DNA from: Malacoraja senta
Lineage: Eukaryota
Assembly: GCA_038087875.1 (NCBI GenBank)
Contig: CM075977.1
Span: forward strand, 300,514,001 to 300,578,000
DNA: 64,000 nucleotides
Reading direction: 5' to 3'
In this document: in pieces, positions 1-12,841 of the stretch
How the letters are laid out: each line of letters starts with the position of its first letter
Numbering within the stretch: the first letter of the stretch is position 1
Program-made: the position numbers and the translations under genes
Notes under the pieces: model-generated
Database searches by the model: none
What the model was told of the DNA's origin: nothing
Seen by the model: the letters and a program-made list of their open reading frames with translations, nothing else

Positions 1-208
1 ACAGACAAGATATAATGTTCGATATCCTTACGACCATGGTATCCCACCATCATTTTGTCTGCCACTACCAGAGTTTCCACAAAGCGTTCAAGGCTTACTG
101 ATCTCTTTTGTCGATGGGGACTATTTGTAGTTTTGTTATTTGGCAACGAGGTTGGAACAGCTGAGAGATCATTTAACCACCAGGGCTTTCTTCTTCGTGT
201 GTGGTCTT
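1..208 (-). CDS. ADAMTS6: ADAMTS6 coding exon (exon 5): end of prodomain, furin site and start of metalloprotease domain; runs off window edge
   Basis: Minus strand reads (E)[69 protein letters not shown], matching ADAMTS6 as I recall it. Acceptor ttcacttccAG at 209-210, phase 1 fits the exon 4 donor. RQKR furin site at 102-113. Confidence 0.95.
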
Positions 209-1749
209 CTGGAAGTGAAGATAATCAACCACGTTAGCTGGGTTAGTGGCTTAGCATCTCATAGTCCAGCTGCTTTTAACTGTGGAGTTTCACTTTCATG
301 AAATGAGGCTGTCACTAATTACAGGGCACAAAAAACTCAGAACATCTTTGGTTCAGATTTCAGGAAAATAAATGCAGATGAATTTTCTATGTCACTTCTA
401 GATAGTTTACTTGCAGGCTCCAAAGCCTTTACATTGGCCTCTTTGCAATGCTGCCTAAGTAGCATTATAGATTTAAGTCATGCCTTTTACATTCTGAAAT
501 GGCTCCAACTTCTGTCCTGCTTCCAGACAGACAGTTTACCTCATGTCCTTCTAAATACAGTTTGCCTTCCATATTAATAAGCAATCATGGTTAACAAGAA
601 ACTGAAATGTAAAAACTGATGATAATTCCACCAAGGTTGGTTTTCATAGTTAGCAATAGTAGGAATATTAGCAAACAAGTGCTTTTAGTCTTAAAGCAAC
701 CTATCCTGAATCAGTTGTTGCACAATATTATTAATTAGCACACAAGGCGGTTCTGCAAACAACAGCCATGAACTGTGTTGGCTTGGGACAAAAATATTGG
801 TCTTCCACATCCATCCTAATTGGTATGTGGCACCTCGGTTTAACACGTGGTACTCAGTCCAGCAACTATCTCATACTCCTCCCCAACCACAATTCCTGTT
901 GACCTCAAGGCTGTCGGCCATGGCCATCCCAGGAAGTGGACTGCAAACGGCTACTGACCTCAGGCATGAGAACCTGTGGCTCTGTCCTTAGATTAGACTG
1001 ATGACATTTTAATAGCTCACTGTTGCCAAAGGTGCTTGAACTGTTCTTTGGATGTCTCCAAACACAGACATTTGCAAATAGTTCAAATAGATTTGTTTGT
1101 TTTTTATATTTTAAGAAAACAATAAATTTACTTAAATTAGTGTAAGCTACCACAAATTAATTTGAAGAAAATTAAACAAACCACGTTTCCACACTTTCCT
1201 TTTTAATTAAGGCCTTGTAATTGGATTCAAATAATGGGGTTGCCCTTGTTACACCAACCATCCGTGACAAAAAGCTGACGACCAAGATATCCCTCAGCTC
1301 TGCTATGCTTTTGGATTCAGGCATCTGAGATTCCAGCGATAGAGCAGGTGGTCAGCTGCACCAGCATATTCTTCCCTTTGGACAATAGATGTAAATCTAA
1401 AGGAACACCTCAAATGTACAACGTTTCAAAAAAATATTCATGAGTCATGGATTACACCCACACCACCTTATGTGCACTTCCCTCTTCAGTCCTATAAGTC
1501 ATGCAAAAGAGAAAGGGTTTGGTTAACTTAGTCTTTAAATCACTAGGACAGAGCTCAAACCAATACCAGGACCACAGAGGCAGAGAAATATCTCCAAATC
1601 CCATATTAGCAGCATGGGAAATAACATGCAAGTATTTACGTATGCAAATAACTGCAATGGTAACCACAAAACTACTAAACTGCTAAAATAGAATCTATTG
1701 GGTGCATGATAAAATACATTCCATTTGTCTGGACAAGTGCAATGCCAGC

Positions 1750-2150
1750 AACTCTGAAACAGAACACCATCCCAGAGATTGGCACAACATCAACCACCCT
1801 AAACATTCTTCAGCGCACCACCAGATTACAGTGGCTCAGTGAGCGTACCATTTATAAAATACACTACAGTTATTCAGTCGGCTGTGCAGACTGCACCTCC
1901 CATGCCCGCGTCCTCTACCACCAAAGACAAGGGCAGCAGGTGCTTGGAAACACCACCATTAGCATGTTTCCCTCCGAGTCACACACCATTCTGACTTTGA
2001 AATATGTCACAGGTTCTTCATTTTCACTTGGAAATTCTTGCCTAACAGCATTGCAAGAATACCTTCACCAGAAGGGCTGCAGGGTTCAAGACAGCAGCTC
2101 AAGGGATCAGAGATGGGCAATAAACATTACTACTGATACCCAATTCCCAA
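1750..2150 (+). mobile_element. Old LINE 3' fragment (CR1/L2 group)
   Basis: Decayed RT C-terminal motif (..TIYKIHYS..) followed by a 3' UTR with AATAAA. Confidence 0.5.
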
Positions 2151-2364
2151 AAATGAGTTTGTAAATAAACCATCCTTCAAGGTCAAGTCTACATTTGATG
2201 CCAGAACCACTAATGTTATTGATCGTTAAATGCTTCATCAGTTCAGGGATATCAATTCCAGTCCATGTGCAACTTATTCCTAACCAGCAGAACCACAAAA
2301 GGCAATAAATATTTACTTACCTGGTAGCTGCCCACAACGAGTGCCCAGATCACTGGGACCACTA

Positions 2365-3230
2365 GGGGCGCCGCATTGATGACAGCCTCTGCCGACAGTC
2401 TCTCTGTTTTTCTGTTTTTTTTTTTAAATTTTAGTCAGTTTTAAAAGTTTGTTTTGGAGATTTCTTTAGCTTTTCTATGTGGGGGAGGGGGGTAGGGTAA
2501 GGGGGAAACCGTTTCCCAGTCACTTCCTGGCGAGGACGTGACTATTCTCCGAGTCGCGTCCTCGCCCCCCTCCTCGCGGCCTACCACCTGGATTGGAGTG
2601 GCCTTTCCTGCCGGGGACCCGGACCAGAGCTTCAGCAGCGGCAGCGCAGCGCTGGATACATCGAGGTGCGGGCGATGTGTCCAGCGGAGCCTCAAACCTG
2701 GATCGCCGTTTTGAGGCTCCGGAGTGTTGGGCCTGCTGCTTCAACATCGCAGCTGTGGTTCGTAGAGCTTCCAGCGCGGGCGGCACTGACTTCAACATCG
2801 CGGAGTTCTGGGGCCCTTTGCCGAGGGCCGCCAGCATTGAATCTCCGCCCAGCGCGGCCTGTGGACTTCCGGAGCCGCGGACTCCGGTAGAAGGTGGCCG
2901 ATTCGGATGTCCAAGCCGCTGAGGATGTCCTCCAGTCCCGACGTCGGACTTCCATCACCCCGGCGAGCGGGCCTGAACATCGGGCCGCCCGTAGCGGCGA
3001 CAGCGGGGGGTTCGGGAGCCCCCCGACCACGGGAGGACAACAGAGGACAACAGCGGAGGATGACTGAATTTTGGAGCCTTCCCTCACAGTGGGAAACTTT
3101 GATCAACTGTGTCAATGTTAAAGACTGTCGTGTTCTGTGCTCTTTATTATTCGTATGGCTGTGTGGCGATCACACATTTCACTGTACCAATTGGTACATG
3201 TGACAAATAAATGTATCTTGTATGTTGATT
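2365..3230 (+). mobile_element. Non-autonomous retroposon (CpG-rich body, Rex1-type 3' stem-loop), copy 1
   Basis: TSD ACCACTA at 2358-2364 and 3231-3237. 3' end TTTCACTGTACCAATTGGTACATGTGACAAATAAA. Homologous to 7440-8099 and 47211-47888. Confidence 0.75.
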
Positions 3231-3594
3231 ACCACTACAATGAATGCAAAATCAATGGAGTCCTGAATCAGTGCTGGTTATTCTGACACACAGTTCTGAT
3301 AAGGCTTCAGGAACTTTGATTGTGCACTATGATAGTAACATTTACAATGAGTGCTCAGCACAGAAGCCCAAAGGAAGGAAGGCTGGTTGTGCAGTACTTA
3401 AATAACTTGACTAACAACCCAGAAGCCTAGAATAACAAAGCAGAAAGTTCAAATTCCACGATTGTAGCTGTGGAATTTAAATTCAACACAACTGGTTATT
3501 TTTGCCAGATAAATCTAGCTGGTTCACTAATGCCCTTCAGGAGAGGCAATATTGTCCAGTTTGGACTATATGAGACTCCTAACAAACAACAATA

Positions 3595-4465
3595 TAGAAA
3601 CATAGAAACATAGAAAATAGGTGCAGGGAGTAGGCCATTCGGCCCTTCGAGCCTACACTGCCATTCAATATGATCATGGCTGATCATCCAACTCAATATC
3701 CTGTACCTGCCTTCTCTCCATACCCCCTGATCCCTTTAGCCACAAGGGCCACATCTAACTCCCTCTTAAATATAGCCAATGAACTGGCCTCAACTACCTC
3801 TATGGCAAGAATGTCTTTCCTCAGATTAGGAGACCAAAACTGTACACAATACTCCAGGTGTGGTCTCACCAGGCCCTGTACAACTGCACTAGAACCTCCC
3901 TGCTCCTATACTCAAATCCTTTTGCTATGAATGCTAACATACCATTCGCTTTCTTCACTGCCTGCTGCACCTGCATGCCTACTTTCAATGACTGGTGTAC
4001 CATTGCACCCAGGTCTCGTAGCATCTCCCTTTTCCTAATCGGCCACCATTCAGATAATAGTCTACTTTCTGTTCTTGCCACCAAAGTGGATAACCTCACA
4101 TTTATCCACATTATACTGCATCTGCCATACATTTGCCCACTCACCCTACTATCCAAGTCACCTTGCAGCCTCCTAGCATCCTCCTCACAGCTAACACTGC
4201 CCCCAGCTTTGTGTCATCCAGAAACTTGGAGATGTTGCATTCAATTCCCTCGTCCAAATCATTAATATATATTGTAAATAGCTGGGGGTCCCAGCACTGA
4301 GCCTTGCGGTACCCCACTAGTCACTGCCTGCCATTCTGAAAGGACCCATTTACTCCGACTCTTTGCTTCCTGTCTGCCAGCCATTTCTCTATCCACATCA
4401 ATACCGAACCCCCAATACCGTGTGCTTTAAGCTTGCATACTAATCTCTTATGTGGGATCTTATCA
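3595..4465 (-). mobile_element. CR1 LINE 3' fragment with internal deletion
   Basis: RT C-terminal peptide (DLGAMVHQSLKVGMQVQQAVKKANGML) and (TTCTATGT)n tail; same family as 49961-53840. Confidence 0.9.
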
Positions 4466-4659
4466 TGCTCTGACAGAAATTAGTGTGCACATTCTGAATT
4501 TTTTTTAAAATTAAATAACTAAGAAATTCTGAAGTAGGATTTGGAGGGCACATCGTTATTGGCTATTGAAAAAGTTTAGATTGGGCACTTCATCTTAACA
4601 ACCTACTCTATTTGTTTATTCCACCTCCCCTCCACCATCTACTGACACTTTAAGCATAT

Positions 4660-5400
4660 GGCAAGAAACAAACTGCTGGAGGATCCAGGCAGACCAGTCT
4701 GTGGAGGGAAATGAACAGCCAACATTTCCAGTCGGGATCCTTGTTCAGACTGATGGAGTAGAGGGGGGAAAGCTGGTAAGGAGAGACAAGATGAAGGGGT
4801 TAGGCAAAAACTGGCAAATAAGAGGTGGATTCTGGTGAGGAGGAGTGATTGACAGATTAGTGGAGGGAGTAACAAATGCTGGAGGTGACACAGAGACAAA
4901 AAGGTGCCAGATGAGAGAGGAAGAAGAGGAGTGAATGTAAATCCAGAAATGGGGATAGTAGTGGAAGGAATGGGTGTGAACGTGGGATGAAGGGAAAAGG
5001 GGGTAAACTGGAAGGCAGGGGCAGCAGGAGAAAGGCATGTGCATGATGTGGGGGGGGGGGGGGGGCAGAGTAAATGAGAAGGGGCTGGGTGACAGTATTG
5101 ATTAACCCAAAATTAAATAATTCAATGTTCATGCTATTGGGTTGTAGGCTACCCAAGCGGAATATGAGGTGCTGTTCTTCCTCAAGTTTGCAAGTGACCT
5201 GGCTGAGGATAGAAGGCCACAACAGTAATGGAAGGGGGGGGGAGGGGGTTAAAATGACTAACAACTGGAAACTCCCGCAGGCCTTGGGTGAAATGGTTAG
5301 CTAGTCTACGTTTGGACATCGTCTGTCCATTTCCCTCCATAGATTGCCTGCTGAATTCCTCCATCACTTTTGCGTTTTTACAATATCTTCAGCCTTTAGT
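4660..5400 (-). mobile_element. Penelope-like element 3' fragment (GIY-YIG C-terminus plus pseudo-LTR)
   Basis: KLEEEQHLIFRLGSLQPNSMNIELFNF in ORF 4857..5264, pyrimidine-rich UTR, degenerate hammerhead-like motif at ~4720-4755. Confidence 0.75.
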
Positions 5401-6719
5401 GTCTCCACTTTACAATATACAATTGTGTACCGGAACATGAAGGCAACATTCACACTCGTTAATCATCCCCTCACCGTATTTGTGCATTGACAAGAAATGC
5501 CACTTAATTTAACTCCAGGAACAAGGTCTCCACATACAATGTTTTCAGTATGATAACAGGAATGCTATTATAATTGTAATGGTAGTTGCACAGTTTCTGT
5601 TTATTTAACTGCAGCTTATGTGTTTATGGATTACTTCCAAAGTGTTTCCTGTTAGTGATGGTGTCTGGAATCCAGAATGAGCCTTCTGTTTCTTCCTAAT
5701 CCCTCTTCACTGGCAGGATGAGTGAGGTGGTTGGCTACAGTGTTGAAATCAAGGGAGTGTGCAGGAATTTAGATTTACTTGCTTTTGGAGGGGCATTTAA
5801 ACAAACATATATGCCATAAACATAAACACACTTAATGATCTCCATGACTATTGGGGAGCCTGGCACCCAGTTGGCCACTCGTCACACATGCCCCTGGTTG
5901 AAATAGGACACCCCGGGACACGGCTAAATGTTACCTCACGGCAGCTGTCCTTTGATATACTCACTGTGGTTTGTGGGAGTGAAATTTAACACTGCGGATA
6001 GCACAAAACAAGCAATAGTGAATCAGCAGCCTGGTTTACTCCCCGACCAATGTTCCTTTCTTGCATAATGAGGAAGAACACATAGCTGTAAAATAGAGTG
6101 CTGAATTAGTACCATCTGTTTTCTGCTACCCTGATGTCATGGTAGGGAGATTTAAGCCTCTCCAGTCTAGCACCTAAGTCCCCTTAGGCAAAAGCCTAAA
6201 CATCAATGACAGAAGTGCAGATTTCCCAACAGAAAGTGGGAGATGATTGTTAGAGGATTCAGAAATGTTTGACAAACTCGTCTTATCTTATTTCAGCTAG
6301 CACGATCATTAACTTATTCCTGTACTGTGTGACAATTCACCCTTTTTCTTTGTCACCCAGTTGTTAGCCTTGTTCAAGGGTCTATGTGGCCCCCTCCAGC
6401 AGCAATTCCTCAGCAGCAGTCTCCCTCCCTCCCACTGAGCTCAGAGACTTTTAGATAAATAAACTTACTACACTTTGCAGACATGAAGGCTGTCTTTAAA
6501 CAGCTACGTGTCTTTAAACCTGGCAGTAGTAAAATGTTCTCCTGTCCTTACAACAGAAAAAATATTCTATATTTTCTATTTGGTCCATGCAAAAAAATGT
6601 AGATGTGATGGTTCCCAGAAATATAATGGGTTAAAAATATACAGCATCTTAGAATTGGAAAGGCTTCTTAAGTGAATTTACAGTGCAAACAGTTAGAAGG
6701 TGTAAACCAAGTAATCCTT

Positions 6720-7155
6720 GCTTTCCCTCTCTCCATCTCTCCCATACCCTAGATTTCCTACGTTCACTGTCCTGATTAATTTTACTGCTTGTATACCTCG
6801 TTGTCAGCTTCCCCTCAGCCGACAATGAACCATTCTACATTTACTTAATCATCGTTTGCTTTGATCTGTCCTATTCACACCTTAAATGCTCTTTGTACCC
6901 TTCCCTATCTCTAGTTACCCTTTCCCCTGACTCTCAATCTGAAGAAGGGTCTTGACCCGAAATGTCACCCATTCCTTCTCTCCATAGATGCTGCCTGTCC
7001 CGCGAGTTCCTCCAGCATTTTGTGTCTATCTTGAGCAACCAGCCATTCTATGCACCTGAGATAGACACAAAAGCTGGAGTAACACAACGGGACAGGCAGC
7101 ATCTCTGGAGAGAAGGAATGGGTGATGTTTCGGGTCAAGACCCTTCTTCAGACTA
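6720..7155. mobile_element. Two PLE pseudo-LTR pieces in opposite orientation, each with a hammerhead-like core
   Basis: CTGAAGAAGGGTCTTGACCCGAAATGTC at 6939-6966 (+) and its near reverse complement at ~7121-7152 (-). Confidence 0.75.
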
Positions 7156-7439
7156 TCCACCTGCTCAGATTAAAACTTTTAAACTGTTGCATCTTAGTCT
7201 TTTTTCAACAAAGTTTCAATCATAATTATTTTAAATTTATGCCACTTAAAAGGAACGGCTAAAAAGTTAAAAACACCTGTAATTGTTATCATTGTTGCCT
7301 TTTACGTAATAAACAAGCCACGTTGATATGACTGGTAGGATCATTTTAATGTTCATGTTTTCTTAACAGGAACAGTAGGGTCAATTCATATCTCTTTGCT
7401 TATTCTAACATTCAATTAGATTATTCCTGATTTAACTGT

Positions 7440-8099
7440 GATTGATAAATGTTTGCAATGTGTATATGTGGGGGGGGGGGGTGGAGGTTTGTGGGGGAAA
7501 TTTAACTTTTTAATCTCTTCCTTGTACGGAGACACAACCTTTTCCTTGTCGTGTCTCCGTTTGCTGGGGCCTAACATCGTGGAGCCTTGGAGGCCTTACC
7601 ATCACAGAGCTGGCTGGCGCGGAGGCAGTGGTGGCGCGGAGGCAGTGGTGGCGCGGCGGCAGCGACCCGACAGCAGAGCTTCGGAGGCTTCGGCCATGGG
7701 CCCTGTGGATGGTAAAATCGGGAGCTTGCAGGTCCGAGAGCTCCCGCAACGGCAACTTCGCCCGCCCCGATTCGCGGGGTTTGAATCGCCCGTCTCAGGG
7801 CCTTACATTGCCCGGTGCAGTTAATCGGCCGCGGGACTTACCAACGCCCGCCGGGGGCTTTAACATCATGAGCCTCAATCGCCTCGACACGGGAGAAGAA
7901 TAAAGAACAGGGAAGAGATAAGACTTGCCTTCCATCACAGTGATGGAGGTGTTTGGAGGATTCACTGTGATGGATGTTTGTGTGAAACTGTACAATTGTG
8001 TGTTATGTTTATTTTATTGTTATGACTGCAGGGAACAAAATTTCATTCAAACCTCTGTCCTGTTTGAATGACAATAAAGGCAATTTGTTTGTATTTGTA
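7440..8099 (+). mobile_element. Non-autonomous retroposon, copy 2 (alternative 3' stem-loop)
   Basis: Shares the GGGGGAAA..GGAGA..GGCCTAACATCG and CCTTCCATCACAGTG modules with copies 1 and 3; ends TTTCATTCAAAC..GTTTGAATGACAATAAA. Confidence 0.65.
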
Positions 8100-8130
8100 G
8101 AAATTCTCCGTGAATACCTTCAGTAATACT

Positions 8131-10200
8131 TAGAAACATAGAAACATAGAAACATAGAAATTAGGTGCAGGAGTAGGCCATTCGGCCCTTCGAGCCTGCA
8201 CCGCCATTCAATATGATCATGGCTGATCATCCAACTCAGTATCCCGTACCTGCCTTCTCTCCATACCCTCTGATCCCTTTAGCCACAAGGGCCACATCTA
8301 ACTCCCTCTTAAATATAGCCAATGAACTGGCCTCGACTACCCTCTGTGGCAGAGAGTTCCAGAGATTCACCACTCTCTGTGTGAAAAAAGTTCTTCTCAT
8401 CTCGGTTTTAAAGGATTTCCCCTTATCCTTAAGCTGTGACCCCTTGTCCTGGACTTCCCCAACATCGGGAGCAATCTTCCTGCATCTAGCCTGTCCAACC
8501 CCTTAAGAATTTTGTAAGTTTCTATAAGATCCCCTCTCAATCTCCTAAATTCTAGAGAGTATAAACCAAGTCTATCCAGTCTTTCTTCATAAGACAGTCC
8601 TGACATCCCAGGAATCAGTCTGGTGAACCTTCTCTGCACTCCCTCTATGGCAATAATGTCCTTCCTCAGATTTGGAGACCAAAACTGTACGCAATACTCC
8701 AGGTGTGGTCTCACCAAGACCCTGTACAACTGCAGTAGAACCTCCCTGCTCCTATACTCAAATCCTTTTGCTATGAAAGCTAACATACCATTCGCTTTCT
8801 TCACTGCCTGCTGCACCTGCATGCCTACTTTCAATGACTGGTGTACCATAACACCCAGGTCTCGCTGCATCTCCCCTTTTCCTAGTCGGCCACCATTGAG
8901 ATAATAGTCTGCTTTCCTGTTTTTGCCACCAAAATGGATAACCTCACATTTATCCACATTATACTGCATCTGCCAACATTTGCCCACTCACCCAGCCTAT
9001 CCAAGTCACCTTGCAGTCTCCTAGCATCCTCCTCACAGCTAACACTGCCCCCCAGCTTTGTGTCATCTGCAAACTTGGAGATATTGCCTTCAATTCCCTC
9101 ATCCAGATCATTAATATATATTGTAAATAGCTGGGGTCCCAGCACTGAGCCTTGCGGTACCCACTAGTCATTCTGCCTGCCATTGTGAAAAGGACCCGTT
9201 TACTCCTACTCTTTGCTTCCTGTTTGCCAGCCAGTTCTCTATCCACATCAATACTGAACCCCCAATGCCATGTGCTTTAAGTTTGTATACTAATCTCTTA
9301 TGTGGGACCTTGTCGAAAGCCTTCTGGAAGTCCAGATACACCACATCCACTGGTTCTCCCCTATCCACGCTACTATTACATCCTCGAAAAATTCTATAAG
9401 ATTCGTCAGACATGATTTACCTTTCGTAAATCCATGCTGACTTTGTCCAATGATTTCACCACTTTCCAAATGTGCTGCTATCCCATCTTTAATAAGTGAC
9501 TCTAGCAGTTTCCCACTACCGATGTTAGACTAACTGGTCTGTTTTTCTCTCTCCCTCCCTTCTTGAAAAGTGGGGTTACGTTTGTTACCCGCCAATCCTC
9601 AGGAACTACTCCAGAATCTAAAGAGTTTTGAAAGATTATTACTAATGCATCCACTATCTCTGAGCTACTTCCTTAAGTACTCTGGGATGCAGCCTATCTG
9701 GCCCTGGGGATTTATCGGCCTTTAATCCATTCAATTTACCCAACACCACTTCCCGACTAACCTGGATTTCACTCAATTCCTCCAACTCCTTTGACCCGCG
9801 GTCCCCTGCTATTTCCGGCAGATTATTTATGTCTTCCTTAGTGAAGACGGAACCAAAGTAGTTATTCAATTGGTCCGCCATATCCTTGTTCCCCATGATC
9901 AACTCACCTGTTTCTGACTGCAAGGGACCTACATTTGTTTTAACTAATCTCTTTCTTTTCACATATCTATAAAAACTTTTGCAGTCAGTTTTTATGTTCC
10001 CTGCCAGTTTTCTTTCATAATCAATTTTTCCTTTCCTAATTAAGCCCTTTGTCCTCCTCTGCTGGTCTCTGAATTTTTCTGGCTAATTTGTACGCATCAT
10101 CCTTCGCTTTGATACCATCCCTGATTTCCCTTGTTATCCACGGATGCACTACCTCCCTGATTTATTCTTTTGCCAAACTGGGATGAACAATTTTTGTAGT
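8131..10200 (-). mobile_element. CR1 LINE, 5'-truncated (~2 kb of RT), frameshifted
   Basis: RT pieces [17 protein letters not shown] and SKFADDTKL; (AGAAACAT)n tail at 8132-8160; very similar to 51760-53840. Confidence 0.95.
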
Positions 10201-10424
10201 CAAAACACAATTAGTGACACATCGGCGTGAATACGATGTTAATAGATATTTAACAAGCGCTTAACAGTGACACCCACACTGTCTCGTGGAAAGCAGAGAT
10301 TTTAATAGATTGTTTTTCCACCAAATTTAAAAATCCGTATTACAAAACATGGGGGGGATTGTCCCCCACCTCTCAAAACATGGAAGGGACGTGTCCCACC
10401 CATCCACCCCGATTTCCGCCAATG
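10201..10424. mobile_element. Terminal fragment of a hAT-like non-autonomous element
   Basis: GTCCCCCACCTCTCAAAACA..GATTTCCGCC resembles the right end of 30600-31485. Confidence 0.5.
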
Positions 10425-11620
10425 GGATATGTCTCTTAAGTATTATGACTGTACCTGCTCAGCTGTCTCCTCTGGCAACTCATTCCATACACCTATCACC
10501 CTTTGGTGTAAGAAAGTTGCAGTATCGCTCAGGTCTTTCCCCCCTCACCTTAAATCCCCCCCCCCCCTTACCTTAAACCTATATCCCCTTGTTCTTGATT
10601 CCCCTACTCTGGGAAAAAGACTGTTGCAGTTACCAGATCTATTCCTCTCATTATTTTGTACGCCTCTATTAGATCATCCCAAGCAATAAAGTCCTAGCCT
10701 GCCCAACCTCTTCCTATAGCTCAAGCCCTTGAGTCCTGGCCTTGACTCAAGCCCTTGAGTCCTCATAAATTTTCGCTGCACCCTTTCCAGCCTGACAACA
10801 TCTTTCCTATAACATGGTGACTAAAACTGAACACAGTACTCTAAATGTGGCCTCACCATGTCTTATCCAACTGTAACATGACCTCCTAACTTCTGTACTC
10901 AATACTCTGACTGTTGAAGGCACAATGTGCCGAAAATCTTTTTGACGACACTATCTACCCGTGATGCCACTTTGAAGGAACTATGTACCTGCACTCCTAG
11001 ATCTCTCTGCTCTACAATACACCCTGAGCACTACATTCACTGTGTCTGTCCAGCCCTTGTTAGATTTTCCAAAATAGAATACCTCTCATTTCGCCATGTT
11101 ATATTTCATCAACCATTCCCCAGCCCAACTGGCCAATCGTGTTTCCTCGTCTCCGTTCTAAATGGCTTACTCCTTATTCTTAAACTGTGGCCCCTGGTTC
11201 TGGACACCCCCAACATCGGGAACATGTTTCCTGCCTCTAGCGTGTCCAAACCCTTAACAATCTTATATGTTTCAATGAGATACCCTCTCATCCTTCTAAA
11301 CTCCAGAGTGTACAAGCCCAGCCGCTCCATTCTCTCAGCATATGACAGTCCCGCCATCCCGGGAATTAACCTTGTAAACCTACGCTGCACTCCCTCAATA
11401 GCAAGAATGTCCTTCCTCAAATTAGGGGACCAAAACTGCACACAATACTCCAGGTGTGGTCTCACTAGGGCTCTGTACAACTGCAGAAGGACCTCTGCTC
11501 CTATATTTGACTCCTCTTGTTATAAAGGCCAACATGCCATTCACTTTCTTCACTGCCTGCTGTACCTGCATGCTTACTTTCATAGACTGATGAACAAGGA
11601 CCCCCAGATCCCGTTGTACT
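10425..11620 (-). mobile_element. CR1 fragments (older piece plus younger piece from ~11135)
   Basis: [20 protein letters not shown]-thumb peptide in ORF 11109..11480. Confidence 0.85.
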
Positions 11621-12346
11621 TAGACTAAGATCTTGACTAAAGTAAAAGGACCCATCAAAGAATTGTAGAATAAAAAGAACATCCACCCAATCAGACCTGT
11701 GGCAGTTCTTTTGAAAACCAGCCCAGTTTTTCTCCCAATGCTGACCTTTTTCCATTACTCAGAAAACGTTTTCCCATCAAATATTTGTCCAATTACATTT
11801 TGAAAACTACATCACAATCTATCTCCACTATCTTAACAAACAATGCTCCTAACCACGTCATATTACAAAGGTTTCCTTCATATCAACACTGGTTTTGGTT
11901 TCAATGAAGTTTAACATGTGGTGATGGGAAGGATTGGCAGTTTTCCACGCATTTAGCACTAACAAGTATGATAAATGTCTTGTGCTATGGACCAATAATC
12001 CTTGGAGAGATTAAAACTAAGCATTTTAAAAGAGCTGCATGCCAAGATCACAGAGTCATAGATCACAGTAACAAGCCCTTCAGCACATTTGTCAATGCCG
12101 ACAATCAATGAGGAATCAAGCACTCACCTATACTAATCCCATGTATCAGTTCTTACTCCATAGCTTTCTATGCCTTGGCAATTCAAGTCCTGACAATAAT
12201 TTTTAAATATTATTTAATTATAATTGAACCTATTACCTCCTCAGGCACTAAACTCCAGATAGCAACAACCCTAGTGCTATAGGTACATAGTTCACTGAAA
12301 GTGGAGACACATATAGATGGTCATCAGTCAGGGCATTCAGTACAGG

Positions 12347-12468
12347 GGGGTCTCAACCTGAAACCTGACCCATTCCTTCTCTCTAGAGATGCTGCCTGTC
12401 CCGCCAAGTTACTCCACCTTTTTGTGTCTATTTTCGGTTTAAACCAGCATCTACAGTTCCTTCCTACA
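12347..12468 (+). mobile_element. Short PLE-derived insertion
   Basis: TSD CATTCAGTACAGG at 12334-12346 and 12469-12481; pseudo-LTR sequence starts inside the hammerhead stem II. Confidence 0.75.
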
Positions 12469-12747
12469 CATTCAGTACAGGAGTTGGGATGTCATGTAAC
12501 AACTGTATAAGTAGTTGGTGCGATGGCATTTGGAGCATTGTATGCAGTTCTGGTTGCCCAGCCATTAAGTTGGAAAGGTTGCAGAAAAGAATCACAAGGA
12601 TATTACTGTGACTAGGTGGCTGCAGATAAGGAGGCACGAAATTCAAGTTATCTGATGGTATATATTCTGAACTGATGGAAGCACTAATTTCCAGTCCTTA
12701 TATAAGCAAGCTGTGTCAGGAGACACTTCAAATTAAACTGATTATCC

Positions 12748-12841
12748 AGATGAAGAAGGGTTTCGACCCGAAACATTGCCTATTTCCTTCGCTCCATAGA
12801 TGCTGCCTCACCCGCTGAGTTTCTCCAGCATTTTTGTCTAC
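12748..12841 (+). mobile_element. Short PLE-derived insertion with hammerhead-like core
   Basis: TGAAGAAGGGTTTCGACCCGAAACATTGCC followed by the same pseudo-LTR body as 28831-28920. Confidence 0.7.

Noticed and set aside
2441-3203. Several overlapping 74-131-aa ORFs
   Set aside because: By-product of a GC-rich repeat; open on both strands with no domain or splice support. The same applies to 7438-7903, 30850-31538 and 53920-54529.
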